20,000 nucleotides of DNA from an uncultured virus (IMG/VR IMGVR_UViG_3300023184_002233) (taxonomy: Duplodnaviria > Heunggongvirae > Uroviricota > Caudoviricetes). The translations under genes and the position numbers were made by a program. Where the stretch lies: IMG/VR virus record IMGVR_UViG_3300023184_002233. The stretch is one strand, 5' to 3'. Every line of letters begins with the position of its first letter. The stretch's first letter is position 1. Under the pieces are notes generated by a model. It was not told where the DNA came from, ran no database searches, and worked only from the letters and a program-made list of their open reading frames with translations. Positions 14,930 through 20,000 of this stretch are shown piece after piece.

Positions 14930-15925
14930 ATGAAAAAACTATTAGCTATTCTATTAGCGGCTGTAACATTTGCAGCATCAGCACAAGACATTACAGGAGC
15001 CGGTGCAACATTCCCGGCTCCGTTGTATTCAAAGTGGGCAAGTGAATACAACAAAGCAACAGGCACTAAAATCAATTATCAATCAGTTGGTTCAGGCGCC
15101 GGCATTAAACAAATTGAAGCTAAGACAGTAGTATTTGGCGCAAGTGATATGCCACTTACAGATGATAAACTAGCAGCATCAGGATTGTTTCAATTCCCAA
15201 CAGCAATAGGTGGAGTTGTTCCGGTTATCAATGTTAATAATATTGCTCCTGGACAATTGAAATTAACAGGTACAGTTATTGCTGATATCTTTTTAGGTAA
15301 GATCACTAAATGGGATGACAGTGCTATCAAAGCATTGAATCCAGCATTAGTATTACCAAATCAAGATATTACTGTTGTTCGTAGAGCGGACGGATCCGGT
15401 ACTACATTTATCTGGACAAACTATCTAAGCAAAGTAAGTAAAGAGTTCAAAGAAACTATAGGTGAAGGTACTGCTGTAAATTGGAAAGTTGGTGCTGGCG
15501 GCAAGGGTAACGAAGGCGTAGCACAAATGGTTCGTCAACTACCAGGCGCATTAGGTTATGTTGAGTTTGCTTATGTTAAACAAACTAAAATGAATTGGGT
15601 TAACGTACAGAATAGTGCTGGTACTTGGGTAGCACCAACAGAAGATGCGTTCAAAGCAGCCGCTGCTAATGCAGACTGGAACAAAAGTTACTATCAAATA
15701 CTAACTAATCAAGCAGGTAAAGAAGCATGGCCTATCACTGGAGCAACATTTATTCTTGTTCACATCAAGCCAGAAGATACAGTTAAATCCAAAGCAGCAT
15801 TGACATTCTTTGATTGGGCATTCAGTAACGGAGATAAAGCAGCAGATGATTTAGATTATGTTGCACTACCAACATCAGTTAAGAACAAAATTCGTTCTGA
15901 TTGGAAACATTTAGGACTATTTTAA
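14930..15925 (+). CDS. pstS: Phosphate ABC transporter substrate-binding protein PstS
   Basis: AAGGAG SD then ATG 14930; signal peptide; ITGAGATFPAPLY, NYQSVGSGAG, FGASD, RRADGSGTT, GKGNEGV, GYVE, WPITGATF, LDYVALP. Confidence 0.96.
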   Translation: MKKLLAILLAAVTFAASAQDITGAGATFPAPLYSKWASEYNKATGTKINYQSVGSGAGIKQIEAKTVVFGASDMPLTDDKLAASGLFQFPTAIGGVVPVINVNNIAPGQLKLTGTVIADIFLGKITKWDDSAIKALNPALVLPNQDITVVRRADGSGTTFIWTNYLSKVSKEFKETIGEGTAVNWKVGAGGKGNEGVAQMVRQLPGALGYVEFAYVKQTKMNWVNVQNSAGTWVAPTEDAFKAAAANADWNKSYYQILTNQAGKEAWPITGATFILVHIKPEDTVKSKAALTFFDWAFSNGDKAADDLDYVALPTSVKNKIRSDWKHLGLF

Positions 15926-15970
15926 ACCGGCCGCAAGATTGAGCGGAAGCTGGAACTCGTAACCAGTACT

Positions 15971-15992
15971 AAGAGCCGAAAGGCTCTTTTTT
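15971..15992 (+). terminator. Intrinsic terminator between the convergent pstS and GATase-like genes
   Basis: AAGAGCC-GAAA-GGCTCTT followed by further T's. Confidence 0.8.
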
Positions 15993-16635
15993 ACCTATTC
16001 ATTAAATCGTTAGTGAAGTCTAACAATAACTCGTGGTGTGCGCCACCGTGCCATTTGTCTTTCATCCAACTATAACTGTCATACCAGAATGGTTCACTTT
16101 CAGGATGACAACCAATTAGTCCTATGTTTTTTTGTATGATAGCCATAGAATCACCATTGGCATAAGTTGAGATAGTTTCAAATTTACGATGGTCACCTAC
16201 TAATGCACAACCATCATAGAAAAACATGTTCATAGGTTGTCCCTTCCAAACTATTGGTAAATTTTTAGCATGTGGTCTAAGCGTATCAGTTTTTGGTCGC
16301 TTGATATATTGTACCGCATCCACACCTTCAAGTACATTTAAGTAATGACTTCCGGCCCAATATGCACCCATACAAATACCTAAATATTTTCCACCATTTC
16401 GGATAAACTTTTTAACTCTTGCCCCGTTGTTTTTAAAAAGTTTGGCAAAAGTTTCTGAATCCCCAAACCCGCCGGGAACTGCAATCATATCCACATCATC
16501 AAAAAAATCATATTCCAATTTGTTTTTGCTGAATATTTTGAAATTATAATATGGATTTAAGGCTTTCATTACTCCGTTTCCCGATTGGACAGAGCATTTT
16601 GGATCGTACAAAAACAAAGCGATAGTGGGTTTCAT
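15991..16635 (-). CDS. Class I glutamine amidotransferase-like protein (BPL_N-type)
   Basis: VPGG, nucleophile elbow YLGICMGAY and GCHPE give a Cys-His-Glu triad. ATG at 16635 is preferred over TTG at 16638. Confidence 0.8.
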   Translation of the reverse strand: MKPTIALFLYDPKCSVQSGNGVMKALNPYYNFKIFSKNKLEYDFFDDVDMIAVPGGFGDSETFAKLFKNNGARVKKFIRNGGKYLGICMGAYWAGSHYLNVLEGVDAVQYIKRPKTDTLRPHAKNLPIVWKGQPMNMFFYDGCALVGDHRKFETISTYANGDSMAIIQKNIGLIGCHPESEPFWYDSYSWMKDKWHGGAHHELLLDFTNDLMNR

Positions 16636-16641
16636 CAATGT

Positions 16642-16649
16642 TATTTATG
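16642..16649 (-). promoter_or_regulatory. Late-type promoter CATAAATA on the minus strand
   Basis: Reverse complement of TATTTATG, 6 nt upstream of ATG 16635. Confidence 0.5.
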
Positions 16650-16663
16650 TTTGTGAAAACCCC

Positions 16664-16692
16664 TTGACATAAATACCTTTATATGTTAAACT
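16664..16692 (+). promoter_or_regulatory. Sigma70-type promoter TTGACA-17-TAAACT with extended -10 TG
   Basis: TTGACA 16664-69, 17-nt spacer, TAAACT 16687-92; ATG at 16699. Confidence 0.6.
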
Positions 16693-16698
16693 ACAGCT

Positions 16699-16953
16699 AT
16701 GAAAATTGAAACTGCTTTAGACTGGCAAGAAGTTTCTGCCCAAATACGCAGAGATTTAGACCGTGTTGGGTACAACCCAGACTTGAAAAAGATGTTCAAT
16801 AATATCCAGCTTATGGTCACAGAGTTAAGCAAACTTGAAGTAAATGGGCGTAGATTACGTACTACAAACTTTACCCAAGAACTAGTAGACAAAATCAACA
16901 AAGCAATAGACCATTTAGAAAAGCTAATTCTTATGGGTTTGCTAATGAAATAA
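16699..16953 (+). CDS. Hypothetical helical protein (84 aa)
   Basis: ORF directly downstream of a promoter; no recognisable motif. Confidence 0.7.
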   Translation: MKIETALDWQEVSAQIRRDLDRVGYNPDLKKMFNNIQLMVTELSKLEVNGRRLRTTNFTQELVDKINKAIDHLEKLILMGLLMK

Positions 16954-16980
16954 CCCCCCTGGCCACTCTGAGGCCTCAGG

Positions 16981-17009
16981 TTGACATTAATTGGATTTGG
17001 GTCTATAAT
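16981..17009 (+). promoter_or_regulatory. Consensus sigma70 (early) promoter
   Basis: TTGACA (16981-86), 17 nt, TATAAT (17004-09). Confidence 0.88.
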
Positions 17010-17042
17010 AGAGGCTTAGACAGTCAACAAACGGAGTTAATT

Positions 17043-17300
17043 ATGTCAGCATTGCAAAAATACATAGACCAGAAAAATCGTTGGAACAGTATCTTTAAGG
17101 GTAAGCAATATGAGATACAAACTAGCGAAGGTCGTCAGGAAGTTGCTGATTGTTTAGACAGCGACCTCAGCCCCGAAAACTTGACTTGCGACGGCGAATT
17201 GTCCCGTAGTCAGGTCAATGTAAAGTATAATTCATTGACAAAAGCCGCAAAAGAACTAAAAAAACTGGATCCTAAAGTGAAATTCTACGAATTCGCTTGA
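17043..17300 (+). CDS. Hypothetical phage early protein (85 aa)
   Basis: GGAG SD, own promoter; motif LSPENLTCDGE. Confidence 0.75.
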   Translation: MSALQKYIDQKNRWNSIFKGKQYEIQTSEGRQEVADCLDSDLSPENLTCDGELSRSQVNVKYNSLTKAAKELKKLDPKVKFYEFA

Positions 17301-17325
17301 CATTAAATGGTTTTGGGTATATAAT
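17297..17325 (+). promoter_or_regulatory. Consensus sigma70 (early) promoter, near copy of the one at 16981
   Basis: TTGACA (17297-302), 17 nt, TATAAT (17320-25). The -35 overlaps the upstream TGA. Confidence 0.88.
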
Positions 17326-17358
17326 ATAGACTTAGACAGTTAGATAAAGGACTAGAAA

Positions 17359-17637
17359 ATGGCTTATTATGTTATCGCTCGGGGCACTGGACTTATCGTT
17401 ACAGACGGTAAAAATCGTACCCAGACTTACAAAACGTTTGCGGCTGCCCGTGCTACACGGACCCGTCTATGTAACAAGTCAGGTTGGTCTGCTGGCGAAC
17501 TGAGTATCGTTGATACCAAAACTTATAAACCCAATATGGTCACTCGCAAGAACCTCATGAGTGGTATTGAATATCAGGAAGATGTTAACACTCCCCTGTG
17601 CTGTTCCCCAGCTAGCGAAACTTTTTGGAGCATGTAA
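17359..17637 (+). CDS. Hypothetical phage early protein (92 aa)
   Basis: AAGGA SD; ends in TPLCCSPASETFWSM. Confidence 0.75.
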   Translation: MAYYVIARGTGLIVTDGKNRTQTYKTFAAARATRTRLCNKSGWSAGELSIVDTKTYKPNMVTRKNLMSGIEYQEDVNTPLCCSPASETFWSM

Positions 17638-17777
17638 TGAATTTACATATTGAATACGATTCGGTACTTAGTTGCTATACCCTGCATTACAAAGGTGAGA
17701 TTGTTTGCTTGGGTGCAAACACTAAGGCAGAGGCAAAGGAAGAAGCTATTCAGTTAATAGAACATGGATTGGTATAA
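17637..17777 (+). CDS. Hypothetical protein, 46 aa (MNLHIEYDSVLSCYTLHYKGEIVCLGANTKAEAKEEAIQLIEHGLV), not in the ORF track
   Basis: TAATG coupling at both ends (17635-39 and 17775-79). Confidence 0.7.
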   Translation: MNLHIEYDSVLSCYTLHYKGEIVCLGANTKAEAKEEAIQLIEHGLV

Positions 17778-18187
17778 TGGAAATAGAAGTAGAAGGGTCC
17801 GCCCGTAGCAAAAAATTTGTTGAGGCAATGCTCCCTTCAATGGTCCGTCAACTTGGATTGGAAAAAAGTCGCAAGGCTTTATTGATCCGAATTAAAAACG
17901 AAACTGAAGGTACGGACGAAGGAATGACAATTGACTTGTCTAAATGGACAGGTGCATACTTGGTAGTACTTAAACCCAAACGTAACCTAGTACAATTGGG
18001 TTTGACATTGGCCCACGAAATGGTCCACGTGAAACAGTTGGCAAAAGGTACCTTGAAACAAAGGCGCAGTGGTCATACTTGGTTAGGTAAAATGTATAGT
18101 AAGAAAACCCCTTACTTGCAAATGCCCTGGGAGATTGAGGCATTCAGTAAACAAGAATTGATTCTACGCCGTGCGTTTGCGGAATAA
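17777..18187 (+). CDS. Small zincin-like metallopeptidase
   Basis: TLAHEMVHVKQ (HExxH) with downstream PWEIEA as the third-ligand region. Confidence 0.75.
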   Translation: MEIEVEGSARSKKFVEAMLPSMVRQLGLEKSRKALLIRIKNETEGTDEGMTIDLSKWTGAYLVVLKPKRNLVQLGLTLAHEMVHVKQLAKGTLKQRRSGHTWLGKMYSKKTPYLQMPWEIEAFSKQELILRRAFAE

Positions 18188-18214
18188 TTGTTACCCAAAA
18201 TGTATAACAGATAT

Positions 18215-18243
18215 TTGACGATAAATCAATTTTCTGTTATACT
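18215..18243 (+). promoter_or_regulatory. Sigma70-type promoter
   Basis: TTGACG, 17 nt, TATACT with extended TG. Confidence 0.7.
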
Positions 18244-18289
18244 ATGTTTTTAGTTTGTTAGTGTTAGTAAATATCTTAAAGGAAACAAA

Positions 18290-19396
18290 ATGGCATATTC
18301 AGTAGTTAGCGACAATCTTACAGTAACATCAGTACAAGCCCGCAAGGCTATGCTGAAAGCATTTAAATCTAAGCGCCCACTTTTTCTCTGGGGCCCTCCC
18401 GGTATCGGTAAATCAGAAGTTGTGGCAGAAGTAACTGCTGAACTAGGCGGTCATATGATTGACTTGCGTATGGCACAAATGGAGCCTACTGACATTCGTG
18501 GTATCCCATACTTCAATAAGGACCTCAACAAGATGGATTGGGCGTCTCCCGTAGACTTGCCTGACGAGGACCTTGCATCACAATACCCTATCGTTGTTCT
18601 TTTCTTAGATGAAATGAATAGCGCATCACCCGCAGTACAGGCTGCTGGCTATCAATTGATTCTTAATCGCCGTGTAGGTAAGTATGTACTGCCTGATAAC
18701 GTTGTTATCGTTGCGGCAGGTAATCGTGAATCTGACAAAGGTGTTACTTATCGTATGCCGATGCCCCTAGCTAATCGTTTCTTGCACTTGGAAATGCGCC
18801 CTGACTTTACTGCATGGCAAAACTGGGCAGTAAACAAAGGCATTCATAAGGATGTAGTTGGTTACTTGTCGTTTGCTAAACAAGACTTGTACGATTTTGA
18901 TAGCAAATCTTCAAGCCGTGCATTCGCTACACCCCGTACATGGTGCTTTGTTTCTGACTTGCTAGATGACGAGGCAGATACTGATACTGATACATTGTTC
19001 AATCTGATTGCAGGTTCAGTTGGTGAAGGTCTTGCAGTTAAATTTGCGGCTCACCGCAAAACATCAGGTAAGATGCCCGACCCAGCAGATATTCTTTCTG
19101 GTAAAGTAACTACATTGTCTGTGAAAGAAATTTCGGCAATGTATTCATTGACAATTTCAATGTGCTATGAGTTGAAGGATGCATTGGAAGTACAAAAAGT
19201 GAACAACAAAAAGTTTCACGAAATGGCTGACAATTTCTTCACATATATCATGGCTAACTTTGAAACAGAGTTGGTTGTAATGGGTGCTAAGATTGCGCTT
19301 AAGACTTACAAGTTGCCGATTGAACCTAGTCAGTTGAAGCACTTTGACGAGTTTCACAAAAAGTACGGCAAGTACATTGTAGACGCAGGTAATTAA
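18290..19396 (+). CDS. MoxR-like AAA+ ATPase
   Basis: Walker A GPPGIGKS, Walker B LFLDE, AAGN sensor, LANRF arginine finger, ATPRTW. Confidence 0.9.
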   Translation: MAYSVVSDNLTVTSVQARKAMLKAFKSKRPLFLWGPPGIGKSEVVAEVTAELGGHMIDLRMAQMEPTDIRGIPYFNKDLNKMDWASPVDLPDEDLASQYPIVVLFLDEMNSASPAVQAAGYQLILNRRVGKYVLPDNVVIVAAGNRESDKGVTYRMPMPLANRFLHLEMRPDFTAWQNWAVNKGIHKDVVGYLSFAKQDLYDFDSKSSSRAFATPRTWCFVSDLLDDEADTDTDTLFNLIAGSVGEGLAVKFAAHRKTSGKMPDPADILSGKVTTLSVKEISAMYSLTISMCYELKDALEVQKVNNKKFHEMADNFFTYIMANFETELVVMGAKIALKTYKLPIEPSQLKHFDEFHKKYGKYIVDAGN

Positions 19397-19403
19397 AGTT
19401 TAT

Positions 19404-19437
19404 GGGTGAGAATGGTGTGAACATTCTCACTCTTTTT
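19404..19437 (+). terminator. Intrinsic terminator
   Basis: GGGTGAGAATG-GTGTGAA-CATTCTCACTC followed by TTTTT. Confidence 0.8.
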
Positions 19438-19439
19438 AC

Positions 19440-19468
19440 TTGCACTTAAATAGATGTTGTGCTATAAT
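19440..19468 (+). promoter_or_regulatory. Sigma70-type promoter
   Basis: TTGCAC, 17 nt, TATAAT with extended TG. Confidence 0.7.
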
Positions 19469-19498
19469 ATAGCATATTAATTAGATAAAGGATTGTAT

Positions 19499-20000
19499 AT
19501 GAGTAGCGTAATTGCCCCAGCAAAAAATAAAACACGTAGCAAGAAATACGAAAATCTTATTGGACCCACTGATCCTAAGATTGATATGCTAGCCCGTGAA
19601 CGATTGATTTCGGCACGTGTGGGTTTGTTGTTGCGCCATTCATTCTTTGGCAATCTTGCTACCCGTCTCAAACTAACTAATGCTGATGACTGGTGTGGCA
19701 CTGCCGCTACTGATGGATTGAAATTCTATTACAATAGCCGTTTCATTATGCTATTGAAACCCAAAGAAGTTGAGTTTCTAGTTGGACATGAAGTATTGCA
19801 CGTTGTATACGAACACATGGACCGTCGCGGTAATCGTGATCCGCAAATGTGGAATATCGCTGATGACTATGCAGTTAATGCTGACTTGAAGCGGCACAAT
19901 GTTGGTCAATTTATCACTAGTGTCCCATGCTTGTACGAAAAGAAATATGACGGCAAGCCTGCTGAGGAAATCTATGATGACTTGATGCAGAATGTGCAGA
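19499..20000 (+). CDS. DUF2201-type metallopeptidase / VWA-associated protein, N-terminal part (runs off the window)
   Basis: AAGGA SD and ATG 19499. Translation MSSVIAPAK...FFGNLA...TAATDG.KFYYN..F...FLVGHEVLHVVYEH..RR..RDPQMWNIADDYAVN, containing HExxH. Typical partner of MoxR ATPases. Confidence 0.85.
   Translation, partial: MSSVIAPAKNKTRSKKYENLIGPTDPKIDMLARERLISARVGLLLRHSFFGNLATRLKLTNADDWCGTAATDGLKFYYNSRFIMLLKPKEVEFLVGHEVLHVVYEHMDRRGNRDPQMWNIADDYAVNADLKRHNVGQFITSVPCLYEKKYDGKPAEEIYDDLMQNVQ

Noticed and set aside
13129..15963. Shared 8-mer CTCGTAAC in the tmRNA terminal loop (13129-36) and the post-pstS hairpin loop (15956-63)
   Set aside because: An 8-nt match is expected by chance somewhere in 20 kb, and there is no further similarity.
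15991..16635. Calling this gene a biotin-protein ligase
   Set aside because: Only the GATase-like N-terminal-type domain is present; there is no ligase catalytic domain.
19477..19701. Minus-strand 74-aa ORF and other short antisense/alternate-frame ORFs inside long genes
   Set aside because: It is antisense to the well-supported DUF2201-type gene. The others likewise lie within confident CDSs and lack RBS or motifs.

Overview
AT-rich, densely coding segment that looks like part of a large tailed (T4-like) phage genome. The porin, PstS and tmRNA tag point to a betaproteobacterial host (inference). Positions 1-16650 are mostly preceded by TAAATA/TAAGTA late-type promoter motifs. This part holds a surface/glycan modification cluster (SGNH hydrolase end, TPP-enzyme Pyr domain, a 32-aa peptide, carbamoyltransferase, and an 1819-aa tandem-repeat glycosyltransferase-like protein), a secreted/membrane module including an Asn/Thr-repeat protein, a 2OG-Fe(II) oxygenase, a porin, pstS with a Pho box, and a GATase-like gene. 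Positions 16660-20000 are small genes with near-consensus sigma70 early-type promoters, ending in a MoxR-like AAA+ ATPase and a DUF2201-type metallopeptidase. The standout feature, invisible in the ORF track, is a circularly permuted two-piece tmRNA gene at about 12825-13150 with tag (A)ANDEIFALAA. All calls come from reading the sequence; no searches were run.
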